64,000 bases of DNA from an uncultured Eubacterium sp. (GCA_910583925.1 CAJTZJ010000004.1:12844-76843); one strand, 5' to 3'. Counted from the first letter of the stretch, positions 16,532 through 25,850 are shown. Program-made: numbers and translations. Notes: generated from the letters alone by a model not told the origin.

Positions 16532-18148
16532 TTATTTACTTTTTAAATGCTCTGCCGCAGCAGTTACAAAACCACGGAAAAGCGGATGCGGCTTATTCGG
16601 TCTGCTTTTGAATTCAGGATGGAACTGACCGGCCACAAACCACGGATGACTCGGGATCTCCACCATTTCAACAATATGATTATCCGGCGAAGTGCCTGCA
16701 AAAATCATTCCGCCCTTTTCCAAATCATTTCTGTAATCATTATTAACCTCATAACGATGACGATGGCGCTCATAAATCATAGAATTATTATAAAGCGCAA
16801 AGGCTTTTGATTCGGGATTGAGAACACATGGATACTTGCCAAGACGCATGGTTCCGCCCATTTCCTCTACATCCTTTTGCTCGGGAAGAATATCAATAAC
16901 AGGATATGCCGTATCGGGATTTATTTCAGCCGAGTTTGCACCATCCAACCCAAGCACATTCCTTGCAAATTCAATAATGGCAATCTGCATTCCAAGGCAT
17001 ATGCCAAGATAAGGAATATTATGCGTTCTGGCATAATTGCAAGCCTTGATTTTACCCTCTATCCCCCTGCTGCCAAAGCCGCCCGGAACAAGTATTCCAT
17101 CCATATCACCAAGGATTTCATCAAGATTTACATCGCCCTCCAGCGTTTCACTGTCTATCCAGTTTATATCAACAGCAGAATGTGTTTCAATGCCACCATG
17201 CTTCAGTGCTTCATTAACCGAAATATAGCTGTCATGCAGCTCAACATATTTACCCACCATTGCAATCTTAACTGTCCGAACAGGATTGCGCAGTGCATCA
17301 AGCATATTTTCCCAATCCGTTAAATCAGGCTGACCGCATTTAAGACCAAGCTTTCTGATAACAACCTCATCCAGACCCTCATCCTTAAGCATCATAGGAA
17401 CTGCATAAAGAATATCACAATTGTTATTTTCAATAACACATTCTCTATCTACATTACAGAAAAGAGAAATTTTTGTTCTGATATCATCAGAAAGCGGATG
17501 CTCTGTTCTGCAAACAATAATATCGGGCTGAATACCGATTGAAAGCATTTCCTTTACACTGTGCTGCGTAGGCTTTGATTTAAGCTCATCGGAGGCTGCA
17601 AGATAGGGAACAAGCGTTACATGAACAAAAAGGCAGTTTTCCCTGCCGTATTCAACAGAAAACTGACGAATAGCTTCCAGGAAAGGCTGGCTTTCGATAT
17701 CTCCGATTGTTCCGCCTATCTCAACAAAGCACACATCCGGCTCTGCTTCCTGATTTTTCTCTACAAATCTTTTAATTTCATTTGTTACATGCGGAATAAT
17801 CTGAACTGTTTTTCCGCCGTAAACACCCTTGCGTTCATCGGTTATAACCTTCCAGAAAACCCTGCCTGAGGTAAGATTTGAATTCTGAGAAAGAGATTCA
17901 TCAATAAATCTTTCGTAGTGACCCAAATCAAGGTCTGTTTCCGCACCGTCATCCGTTACAAAAACCTCGCCGTGCTGAACGGGATTCATCGTACCCGGGT
18001 CCACATTAAGATACGGATCAAGCTTCTGCGCCGTTACCTTTAATCCTCTTGCTTTCAGAAGTCTGCCAAGAGATGCCGCAGTAATTCCCTTACCCAGTCC
18101 GCTTACAACTCCGCCTGTAACAAAAATGTACTTTGTTTTTTTTACCAC
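16532..18148 (-). CDS. pyrG: CTP synthase
   Basis: 538 aa. [17 protein letters not shown] at the N-terminus and the GATase triad region GICLGMQ. Confidence 0.97.
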   Translation of the reverse strand: MVKKTKYIFVTGGVVSGLGKGITAASLGRLLKARGLKVTAQKLDPYLNVDPGTMNPVQHGEVFVTDDGAETDLDLGHYERFIDESLSQNSNLTSGRVFWKVITDERKGVYGGKTVQIIPHVTNEIKRFVEKNQEAEPDVCFVEIGGTIGDIESQPFLEAIRQFSVEYGRENCLFVHVTLVPYLAASDELKSKPTQHSVKEMLSIGIQPDIIVCRTEHPLSDDIRTKISLFCNVDRECVIENNNCDILYAVPMMLKDEGLDEVVIRKLGLKCGQPDLTDWENMLDALRNPVRTVKIAMVGKYVELHDSYISVNEALKHGGIETHSAVDINWIDSETLEGDVNLDEILGDMDGILVPGGFGSRGIEGKIKACNYARTHNIPYLGICLGMQIAIIEFARNVLGLDGANSAEINPDTAYPVIDILPEQKDVEEMGGTMRLGKYPCVLNPESKAFALYNNSMIYERHRHRYEVNNDYRNDLEKGGMIFAGTSPDNHIVEMVEIPSHPWFVAGQFHPEFKSRPNKPHPLFRGFVTAAAEHLKSK

Positions 18149-18172
18149 CGTCTTGTCCTCCTTAAATAAAAG

Positions 18173-19642
18173 TTATTTATTCTGCTTCTTCGGATCGCAG
18201 GTTAAGCGAATTCCGAGTTTTTTCATTATATTCTCATCAATAGGTGAAAGAAGAACAGAGGTGTGCATTTCGCAATTTTTAAGATTACAAAGCTGCTCCA
18301 TAGCCCTTGCCGCATTTTTATCGTGCACTGCTGAAATGGAAAGTGCAATCAGCACCTCATCCGTATGAAGCCTTGGATTTTTATTTCCGAGATGATTTGT
18401 TTTAAGCTCCTGAACCGGGATAATAACCTCCGGCGTAATCAGAAGAATCTCATCATCAAGACCTGCAAGATGCTTTAACGCATTTAAAAGCATTGCCGAA
18501 GCGCAGCCAAGCAGATTAGAGGTTTTGCCTTTTACAACTGCACCGTCATTAAGCTCTATTGCAGCCGCAGGCTCACCCGTTGCTTCGGAAAGTTCCCTTG
18601 CCGCAACAACACTTTTGCGTGAGACTTCGCTTATTCCTGCCTGCTTCATAAGAAGTTCTAATTTATATATTTCATTATTGCTGCCTGTACCTTTAACAAC
18701 AGAATCAAGAGCAGCAAAATAGCGCCTTATAATCTCCTGCTTTGCTGCTTCGCAGACTGCAGCATCATCAACAATGCAGTTTCCTGCCATATTAACACCC
18801 ATATCGGTTGGAGATTTATAAGGGCATTTGCCGTAAATCTCTTCAAACATAGCACGAAGAACCGGAAAAATCTCAACATCTCTGTTATAGTTAACAGTCG
18901 TTTCGCCATAGGCCTCAAGATGCCATGGGTCTATCATATTGACATCATTCAAATCCGCCGTTGCAGCCTCATACGCTGCATTAACGGGATGATTAAGCGG
19001 AATATTCCATATAGGAAAGGTTTCAAATTTTGCATAGCCTGCCTTAATTCCTCTTTGATTTTCCTGATAAAGCTGGGAAAGGCAGGTTGCCATTTTTCCG
19101 CTTCCCGGTCCGGGAGCAGTTATAACAACAAGCGAACGGCTTGTTTCGATATAATCATTCTTACCATAGCCGTCATCACTTACAATATGTGAAATATTGG
19201 ACGGATAGCCTTCAATAACATAATGATGATAAACAGGATAGCCGAGCGCTTTAAGCCTGTCCTCAAAAGCAGTTACCCTTGGATGAGAAGCATATTTTGT
19301 AAGCACAACGCTTCCCACAAAAAGTCCTCTTTCGGTAAACGCATCTATAAGACGGATAACATCCACATCATATGTAATTCCGAGATCGGCTCTCAATTTG
19401 CTGTTTACGATATCCTCCGTGCTTATAACAATAACAATTTCAGCCTGTTCCTTAATCTGTAGAAGCATCTGAAGCTTACTGTCCGGCTCAAAGCCCGGAA
19501 GAACACGGGAAGCATGGTAATCATCAAAAAGCTTTCCTCCGAATTCAAGATAAAGCTTTCCGCCGAATTCGGAAATTCTTTCCTTGATTCTTTCCGACTG
19601 CATTTTTAAATACTGGTTGTTGTCAAATCCTGCTTTATACAT
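18173..19642 (-). CDS. UPF0371/DUF1846 family protein (uncharacterised)
   Basis: 489 aa. The N-terminus GFDNNQYLKMQSERIKERI..FGGKLYLEFGGKLFDDYHASRVLPGF matches my memory of this family. It ends 24 nt upstream of the pyrG start. Confidence 0.75.
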   Translation of the reverse strand: MYKAGFDNNQYLKMQSERIKERISEFGGKLYLEFGGKLFDDYHASRVLPGFEPDSKLQMLLQIKEQAEIVIVISTEDIVNSKLRADLGITYDVDVIRLIDAFTERGLFVGSVVLTKYASHPRVTAFEDRLKALGYPVYHHYVIEGYPSNISHIVSDDGYGKNDYIETSRSLVVITAPGPGSGKMATCLSQLYQENQRGIKAGYAKFETFPIWNIPLNHPVNAAYEAATADLNDVNMIDPWHLEAYGETTVNYNRDVEIFPVLRAMFEEIYGKCPYKSPTDMGVNMAGNCIVDDAAVCEAAKQEIIRRYFAALDSVVKGTGSNNEIYKLELLMKQAGISEVSRKSVVAARELSEATGEPAAAIELNDGAVVKGKTSNLLGCASAMLLNALKHLAGLDDEILLITPEVIIPVQELKTNHLGNKNPRLHTDEVLIALSISAVHDKNAARAMEQLCNLKNCEMHTSVLLSPIDENIMKKLGIRLTCDPKKQNK

Positions 19643-19675
19643 TTTTTCTTTTCTCTTTTCATCAGATTTCTTTAA

Positions 19676-19714
19676 TAATAAAAAACAAAAAACGGCTGCA
19701 CCGAGGTACAGCCG
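19676..19714 (-). terminator. intrinsic terminator after the histidine kinase gene
   Basis: The minus strand reads ACGGCUG-N10-CAGCCGU followed by UUUUUUGUUUUUU. Confidence 0.8.
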
Positions 19715-19768
19715 TCTGTACTTATATATTATACAGGAAAGATAAGGCTAAATCAATATAAATATTTT

Positions 19769-20665
19769 TTAATTTTCACAGGGCAGTTTTAAAACAATAT
19801 TTAATCTGTTGTCCATATACTCTGCGGAAATACTGCCGCCCATCTGTTCAGCCAGCGTGCGGGAAATCGCAAGACCAAGCCCCGTTGATTTTCTTGTACT
19901 TTCAACGGTATAAAACCTGTCAAAAAGCCTTTGAACCTGCACCTCATCAAGCCCGGAAGCAGTATTTGAAAAAACCATTTTGCCATGTTCATCAAGAATT
20001 ATGCTCAAATCGCCGCTGCTGTATTTTACTGCATTATTCAGAAGGTTGGAAAAAATACGGCTCAACGCAGAGCGGTCTGCAAGGCAGACAATCTTTTTAT
20101 CCGGCAAATTTATTTCAGGAACAATATTATGCTCAACAAGCGTGGCATAATATCCTGCCACGCTTTCTTCAAGCACATTATTTATAATCATTCTTTCCGG
20201 TTTCATTTCCCCATCAACAGTCAGAATAACGGAGTATTTAAACAGCTCCTCCGTTAAACTCTTCAAACTTTCACACCTTTCTCCGATTATTTTCAGATAC
20301 TTTTCTGTTTCAGGCGTTTTTTCCTGCTTTTCAAGCAAATCAAGATATCCGAAAATTGCCGTAAGCGGCGTTCTTAAATCATGGGAAATATTTGTAACGG
20401 CATTTTTAAGCTCCGCATCTCCCTGCACAAAGCGATGGCGTTCATCACGCAGCCTTCGAAGCTGAACATTTATTGAAGAAGCAAGGCTTCGCATATATTT
20501 ATCAGACGAAGAAATATCAATAAGAGTATTGGTATCCGTTATGAGCCTGTCGGCAAAGGCTGTTTCGATTTCCTTTGCTGATTTACGCAATAATACAATT
20601 CTTATAACCAAAATGATAATGATAACTGCCATTATGCCGATTATGGCCCATAACAAAATATCCAT
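19769..20665 (-). CDS. sensor histidine kinase (single N-terminal TM, HisKA + HATPase_c)
   Basis: H-box ISHDLRTPLTAIFGYLDLL, N-box LLNNAVKYS and G-box GLGLAISR. Confidence 0.92.
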   Translation of the reverse strand: MDILLWAIIGIMAVIIIILVIRIVLLRKSAKEIETAFADRLITDTNTLIDISSSDKYMRSLASSINVQLRRLRDERHRFVQGDAELKNAVTNISHDLRTPLTAIFGYLDLLEKQEKTPETEKYLKIIGERCESLKSLTEELFKYSVILTVDGEMKPERMIINNVLEESVAGYYATLVEHNIVPEINLPDKKIVCLADRSALSRIFSNLLNNAVKYSSGDLSIILDEHGKMVFSNTASGLDEVQVQRLFDRFYTVESTRKSTGLGLAISRTLAEQMGGSISAEYMDNRLNIVLKLPCEN

Positions 20666-20677
20666 ATGTTCTCCTTA

Positions 20678-21493
20678 TTATTTTAAATCCTTTTTCTTAA
20701 ATGCGATTATACCGCAGAGATTAGCCGTTACAGTTATTATAATTGAAAAAATTATATTTAAAACAGGATGCGTAATTTCGGTATTGGCCATTAGAATTCC
20801 CTGACCCGTCGGAAGAAACTGCATTAAAAATTCATAAACTGTTCTTTGTCCGCCGCTTACATATAAAGGATTAGGCATAGGATCTCCCAACTCCATTCCA
20901 TTCAATGTCATATGCACATCCCTTGTTATCTCAGGCTCACTAAGCGCATTATAAATAACACTTGCAATCACCATAAGCAACAATGCAATAGTAATTGCCA
21001 AAACTGCTGATACTGCGTGCTTTGAGCAAAGCATACAAAGCAATGTCAATACCGAAGCAATCGCAGCAGTAAAGCAAACGATTATCAGAATATAAGTGAT
21101 AAGCGTACTGATTTCTCCCTTCCAGCCTCCGACCAGCGGAACGCCGACACAAAAATTGCCCAACAGAAACATAGAAAGAATAATAAGGGAGCCGAAAAAG
21201 CAGGTTATAAAATTTGCAAGATAAATATTTTCTCTTTTATGCCCTACTATAAGTTTATTTCGCATAGCTTTATCGCTGTATTCCTTGCCAATATACAATG
21301 CAATAAACACAGCATACAGAACACCGATAAGAGGAACCATTTCAAAAAGCACATCATCAAGCTTAACATTCTCAAGCCATTTGTAAGAATCCACTATTTT
21401 CGGTACTGTAAGCGCCAATGTTACACCTGCAACAATCCAAAGGGATAATTCTTTTTTCAATCTGCTGAAATTCGCTTTTAAAAGTTTAATCAT
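20678..21493 (-). CDS. ABC-2 type exporter permease
   Basis: About 6 TM segments. I place the start at the ATG at 21493 (MIKLLKANF) with a GGAGGTGG SD. It forms an 8-nt ATGATTAA overlap with the stop of the ATPase gene. Confidence 0.8.
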   Translation of the reverse strand: MIKLLKANFSRLKKELSLWIVAGVTLALTVPKIVDSYKWLENVKLDDVLFEMVPLIGVLYAVFIALYIGKEYSDKAMRNKLIVGHKRENIYLANFITCFFGSLIILSMFLLGNFCVGVPLVGGWKGEISTLITYILIIVCFTAAIASVLTLLCMLCSKHAVSAVLAITIALLLMVIASVIYNALSEPEITRDVHMTLNGMELGDPMPNPLYVSGGQRTVYEFLMQFLPTGQGILMANTEITHPVLNIIFSIIITVTANLCGIIAFKKKDLK

Positions 21494-22400
21494 GTCTGCC
21501 ACCTCCAACAAGATTTACATAATAGCTTTCAAGGCTTTCTTCCCTTTCGGAAGCAGAAATCAATTCGCAGTCTTCGGCAGACAAAGCATTGATAAGCTTT
21601 GTCAGATTAACCTTTGCATAAATATCCGCTTCGGATGCAGAAACAAATTTATATTCTATTCCCATTTCATCAAGCACTCTTGAAAGAACCGCAGTTGATG
21701 AAACCTCCAGCCTTGTGCATTTTCGGCAGGCGCTTTCAAGCTCCTCTGCACTGATTTCCTTAACAATTCTGCCCGCATCAATAAAGCCGTAATGCGTTGC
21801 AAGGCGTGACAGCTCATCAAGAATGTGGCTGGAAATCAGAACTGTTATCTGTTTTTCACGGTTCAGCTTTAAAATCAGCTCTCTCATTTCAATAATGCCC
21901 TGCGGATCCAGCCCGTTTGCCGGTTCATCCAGTACAAGAAAATCCGGATCACCGACAAGCGCAACTGCAATTCCAAGCCTTTGCTTCATACCAAGTGAAA
22001 AATGCTTTGCTTTTTTCTTGCCTGTATTTTCCAGACCGACCAATTTAAGAATATCATCAAGTCCGTCAAAGGACGGCAGACCGATAATACGATACTGCTG
22101 TTTTAAATTATCCTCGGCAGACATATCAAGATAAATAGACGGTGTTTCCACTACAGCGCCCATTCTTCTGCGTGATTTTGCAATATCCCTGTCCGTGTTT
22201 TTTCTTCCATAAAGCGTATATTCGCCTGCGCTTGCCTTCTGAAGTCCGCAGATAATGCGAATCAGTGTTGTTTTTCCTGCACCGTTTTTTCCGACAAAGC
22301 CATAAATTGCACCCTTCGGAACGCTCATGGAAAGCCCGTTTAATGCTTTAAAATGCCCGTAATTTTTACAAACAGCATCTGTTTTTAAAACATATTCCAT
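21486..22400 (-). CDS. ABC transporter ATP-binding protein (BcrA / lantibiotic-protection type)
   Basis: Walker A GKNGAGKTT, signature FSLGMKQRL and Walker B FLVLDEP. AAAGGAGG SD upstream. Confidence 0.92.
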   Translation of the reverse strand: MEYVLKTDAVCKNYGHFKALNGLSMSVPKGAIYGFVGKNGAGKTTLIRIICGLQKASAGEYTLYGRKNTDRDIAKSRRRMGAVVETPSIYLDMSAEDNLKQQYRIIGLPSFDGLDDILKLVGLENTGKKKAKHFSLGMKQRLGIAVALVGDPDFLVLDEPANGLDPQGIIEMRELILKLNREKQITVLISSHILDELSRLATHYGFIDAGRIVKEISAEELESACRKCTRLEVSSTAVLSRVLDEMGIEYKFVSASEADIYAKVNLTKLINALSAEDCELISASEREESLESYYVNLVGGGRHD

Positions 22401-22429
22401 AATGAATTCCTCCTTTTGATTTTACAGCA

Positions 22430-22477
22430 ATTATAATTGGCTTCTGTTAAGAAATCGGTTAAGAAAACCGTTAAGAA
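22430..22477 (-). promoter_or_regulatory. activator-type promoter of the ABC operon with three direct repeats
   Basis: The minus strand has TTCTTAAC three times at 12-bp spacing (complement of 22446-22453, 22458-22465 and 22470-22477). A TATAAT (22435-22430) lies 10 nt downstream with no recognisable -35 hexamer. Confidence 0.55.
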
Positions 22478-22481
22478 TTCA

Positions 22482-23153
22482 TTAATTTTCCGAACGCATT
22501 TTAAAACCGATGCCCCAAACGCTTTCAATATAATCCTTATTATTTATTTCTCTTAATTTCCTGCGAAGATTGCTGATATGAATTTTAAGCGAGCTTTCCG
22601 TACAATCAGGTGTATCCCCGCTTATCCGTTCAAGTAAAACGGATTTTGCGATAACCTGGTTCGGATTTCTCATAAGCAGCTTTAAAATTGCGTATTCCGT
22701 TCGTGTCAGCCTGATTTCTTTTTCCGAAACGGAGGCAATATGCGAATCCGTATCAAGCAAAATATCATCAAAAACAATCTTTTCGCCTATACCGCCGTAT
22801 TCAGCCTTCCTGAGCTGAACGGAAATTCTTGCAAGCAGTTCTTTCATATCAAAGGGCTTTGTAATATAATCCGCAGCACCGCCTAAAAGCAGCGACACCT
22901 TGTCCTCAATTCCGACCTTTGCAGAAACAATTATAACGGGAATTCCTTTTATTTTCGGCAATACCTCTTCACCGCTGAGTCCCGGCAGCATTAAATCAAG
23001 AAGTACCAGATCGGGAGTTTGCGAGGATAAAAGCATAACCGCCTCCGTTCCGGAATAGGCACGAAGCACGCCATACCCCTCGGCTGTCAATACCTCTTCC
23101 AGCATATTTCCGATATTCATATCATCATCAACAATTAAAATTTTCTTCATCAT
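22482..23153 (-). CDS. OmpR-family response regulator
   Basis: The receiver domain (ILIVDDD..., LVLLDLMLPG) is followed by a winged-helix output domain (LTRTEYAILKLL, VWGIGFK). The start is ambiguous among GTG 23159, ATG 23153 and ATG 23150. Confidence 0.92.
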   Translation of the reverse strand: MMKKILIVDDDMNIGNMLEEVLTAEGYGVLRAYSGTEAVMLLSSQTPDLVLLDLMLPGLSGEEVLPKIKGIPVIIVSAKVGIEDKVSLLLGGAADYITKPFDMKELLARISVQLRKAEYGGIGEKIVFDDILLDTDSHIASVSEKEIRLTRTEYAILKLLMRNPNQVIAKSVLLERISGDTPDCTESSLKIHISNLRRKLREINNKDYIESVWGIGFKMRSEN

Positions 23154-23174
23154 TATCACCGATATTATTTTAAC

Positions 23175-23225
23175 ATTATATGCATAGTTTTTAAAGACAT
23201 ACAGTGGTTAAGAAAAAGTTAAAAT
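23175..23225 (-). promoter_or_regulatory. candidate autoregulated promoter of the response regulator gene
   Basis: The minus strand has TTTTAAC and TTCTTAAC 11 nt apart (complement of 23207-23225), the same word as at the ABC promoter. A TATAAT (23180-23175) lies 26 nt downstream. Confidence 0.45.
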
Positions 23226-23425
23226 ACCCCTTGAAATTTCGTCTGTTTTACACCATTGTATTATTTGTAAAAAGCTCTTTATATTTTTCAAAAAGTATGC
23301 TACTATAAATATAAAGTATATTCGGCAAGCGGAAATTCGCTTGTGTAAAAAAACAGTTTGCGAACGGAAGTATCTATTCTATAAATTACGCCATCTCGCA
23401 AACTGCAGTAAAAAGGGGTATTTTT

Positions 23426-24466
23426 ATGCAGCATGAAATTACAGCAAGACAGCAGCTTCTTGACAAAAACGGAAACATCGCTGAGCCGGGCTTTGCAAAA
23501 AAGCTTTTATGGGAATACAGCAGAGCGGACATTAAAGCGCCGAAATGGCGAATTAAGGAATGGGATTACTATTACATAGGCAATCAGGATTATGGATTAT
23601 GCCTGACTCTTTCCGATTCGGGCTATGTAAGCTGCCTTTCTGTTTCGCATCTTGAATACGGCAAAAATCCTGTTCAGTTCAACGATTCCGAGCTTGGCTT
23701 TTTTCCGCTCGGCAAGCTTAATCTTCCGTCAACAAGTGAAAGCGGAGATGTAAAAGCAAGGGTAGGCACCTGCGATATGAATTTTGAAAACGATGGCATC
23801 AAACGCAGGCTTCACGGCTCTTATGATAATTACTGCAACAGCAGAAAAGCACTTATTTTTGATGTTACTTTAACGGAAATTCCCGAAGAAAGTATGGTTA
23901 TAGCAACACCCTTTGATAAGGATAAGCATTTTTATTATAATCAGAAAATCAATTGTATGCGTGCTGACGGCTTCTTTGAATTTGACGGCAAGCGCTACGA
24001 ATTCAACAAAGAAAACGGCTCACTTGCAACACTGGACTGGGGCAGAGGTGTCTGGACCTATGACAACACATGGTATTGGGGTTCAGGGCAAATGGTGCTT
24101 GACAGCGGAGACACCTTCGGCTTCAACATCGGCTACGGCTTCGGCAACACATCCGCTGCAAGCGAAAATATGCTGTTTTACAACGGCAAATCTCATAAAT
24201 TAGAGGATATAACATTCAACATTCCGCAGGAAAACGGAAACTTCAAATACACGCAGCCTTGGACCTTTACTTCATCTGACGGCAGATTTGAAATGGAATT
24301 CAAGCCGATTATTGACAGACAGGCACCTGTTGATTTAAAGCTTATCTGCATGATTCCGCATCAGGTTTTCGGACTGATTTCAGGAACAGCCATTCTTGAC
24401 GACGGCACGGAAATCAAGGTTAAGGATAAAGTTGTTTTTGCCGAAAGAGTACATAATAAGTGGTAA
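23426..24466 (+). CDS. conserved hypothetical protein (resembles the DUF2804 family)
   Basis: 346-aa ORF with an AAAGGGG SD. The KEWDYYYI motif and overall size match my recollection of DUF2804. No catalytic motif is recognised. Confidence 0.6.
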   Translation: MQHEITARQQLLDKNGNIAEPGFAKKLLWEYSRADIKAPKWRIKEWDYYYIGNQDYGLCLTLSDSGYVSCLSVSHLEYGKNPVQFNDSELGFFPLGKLNLPSTSESGDVKARVGTCDMNFENDGIKRRLHGSYDNYCNSRKALIFDVTLTEIPEESMVIATPFDKDKHFYYNQKINCMRADGFFEFDGKRYEFNKENGSLATLDWGRGVWTYDNTWYWGSGQMVLDSGDTFGFNIGYGFGNTSAASENMLFYNGKSHKLEDITFNIPQENGNFKYTQPWTFTSSDGRFEMEFKPIIDRQAPVDLKLICMIPHQVFGLISGTAILDDGTEIKVKDKVVFAERVHNKW

Positions 24467-24475
24467 AAAGACCAT

Positions 24476-24505
24476 AAAAAGGAAGAGCAATGCTCTTCCT
24501 TTTTT
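24476..24505 (+). terminator. intrinsic terminator (copy 1 of a duplicated hairpin)
   Basis: GGAAGAGC-AAT-GCTCTTCC followed by TTTTTT. The 25-mer AAAAAGGAAGAGCAATGCTCTTCCT at 24476-24500 recurs at 24894-24918. Confidence 0.8.
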
Positions 24506-24569
24506 AGGTATAAACCCAATTTATATTTGGCGACCAAGGTTTCTACCTCATTAATTATAGTCTGATTAA

Positions 24570-24587
24570 GACTTTTTGTCAATAGTC
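24570..24587. promoter_or_regulatory. operator-like element upstream of the second XRE gene
   Basis: GACTTTT-TGTC-AATAGTC is an imperfect palindrome. It shares the 12-mer TTTGTCAATAGT with the palindrome at 1408-1425. Confidence 0.4.
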
Positions 24588-24627
24588 TTTTTTGGAATAT
24601 TTTATAATTTTTGAGAGGTGAAAAAAA

Positions 24628-24852
24628 GTGGACTATATTGACAGATTGACTGAAATAAGAAATGACAGGGATATAAAGCAATCAACCATAGCGGAAATAT
24701 TAGGTGTTAAGCAATCTGCCGTTTCAAAATATGAAAAAAGAAGAACACAATATACGGTTGACGATATCATAAAGCTGTGTAATTTTTATAAAATTTCTGC
24801 TGATTATATTTTGGGATTGCCCGAGAACTTGGAGTTTCCGAAAAGAGATTAA
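24628..24852 (+). CDS. XRE-family helix-turn-helix transcriptional regulator (74 aa, GTG start)
   Basis: HTH core IKQSTIAEILGVKQSAVSKYEKR. The GAGAGGTG SD is followed by 7 nt and then GTG. It is about 40 percent identical by eye to the 1468-1692 product. Confidence 0.85.
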   Translation: MDYIDRLTEIRNDRDIKQSTIAEILGVKQSAVSKYEKRRTQYTVDDIIKLCNFYKISADYILGLPENLEFPKRD

Positions 24853-24893
24853 TCCATACCGGGTGCATAGGGACGGTGTCCTCAATATTTCGA

Positions 24894-24923
24894 AAAAAGG
24901 AAGAGCAATGCTCTTCCTCTTTT
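24894..24923. terminator. bidirectional intrinsic terminator (copy 2 of the duplicated hairpin)
   Basis: Same GGAAGAGC-AAT-GCTCTTCC stem. It has an A-run upstream and CTCTTTTG downstream. It lies between the convergent XRE and sufD-like genes. Confidence 0.75.
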
Positions 24924-24932
24924 GATTTATAT

Positions 24933-25850
24933 TTACTTTAAGAAGCCCTGCACGATAACTTCCTCCGCTTCTTCTTCGTTCATACCGAAGGTCATAAGCT
25001 TCAGAAGCTGATCGGAATTTATTTTTCCGATTGCCGCCTCATGAACAAGCTGAGCATCCGCACTTGCCGCATCAATTTCAGGAATAGATGCAATTTTTGC
25101 ATTATCCATAATAATGGAATCACACTGAACATGCGCACGGCAGTCACAATTTCCGATAACCTTAGGATGAAAAACCTGAACAGAATCGTTTTTTCCGACA
25201 CTTCGGCTGACAATCTGGCAAACTGATTCATCGCCGTTCATATTGATTTCTACATTGGATTCCGCAAACTGCTTTCCATGTGTCATAAGCCTTTCCGTTA
25301 TGGTAAGCTTTGCACCCTTTTCAAGATTGGCAGTTGTATCTCTTTTTGTAGAATCAACACCTTTTATCTGCACCATTTCCATTTCGGCAGAAGCATTTTC
25401 ATCAAGATTTACAACGGTAACGGGATTTAAAATTCTTGCGCCGGTTCCCTCACCTTCGCCGTAATGCTTTTCAACATATTTTACCTTTGCGCCCTTGCCG
25501 ACATAAAAGGTATGAATTCCGTCATGCTGGCTTTTTTCACTGCCCGAATTATGGATTCCGCAGCCTGCAACGATAACTACATCGCTGTTTTCGCCGATAT
25601 AAAAATCATTATAAACAACATCTGTCATTCCGCTTTCCGAAAGGATAACAGGAATATGCACACTTTCATTCTTTGTATTCGGAGCAATTCTGATATCAAT
25701 ACCCGGCTTATCCTCCTTAGGGATAATTTCAATATGCTCCGTGCTTCTTCTGCCCATTGCAGAGCCGTTTTTTCTGATATTATATGCACCGCTCGGAATC
25801 TCGTGGAGATCCGCAATGGTTTGAAGCATTTCCGAATCAATTTTAAGCAT
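24933..25850 (-). CDS. SufB/SufD-family Fe-S assembly protein
   Basis: 305 aa. It has the beta-helix-type SufBD core, and the C-terminal HEAAIGKI..DQL.YL...G pattern is characteristic of SufB/SufD. Confidence 0.8.
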   Translation of the reverse strand: MLKIDSEMLQTIADLHEIPSGAYNIRKNGSAMGRRSTEHIEIIPKEDKPGIDIRIAPNTKNESVHIPVILSESGMTDVVYNDFYIGENSDVVIVAGCGIHNSGSEKSQHDGIHTFYVGKGAKVKYVEKHYGEGEGTGARILNPVTVVNLDENASAEMEMVQIKGVDSTKRDTTANLEKGAKLTITERLMTHGKQFAESNVEINMNGDESVCQIVSRSVGKNDSVQVFHPKVIGNCDCRAHVQCDSIIMDNAKIASIPEIDAASADAQLVHEAAIGKINSDQLLKLMTFGMNEEEAEEVIVQGFLK

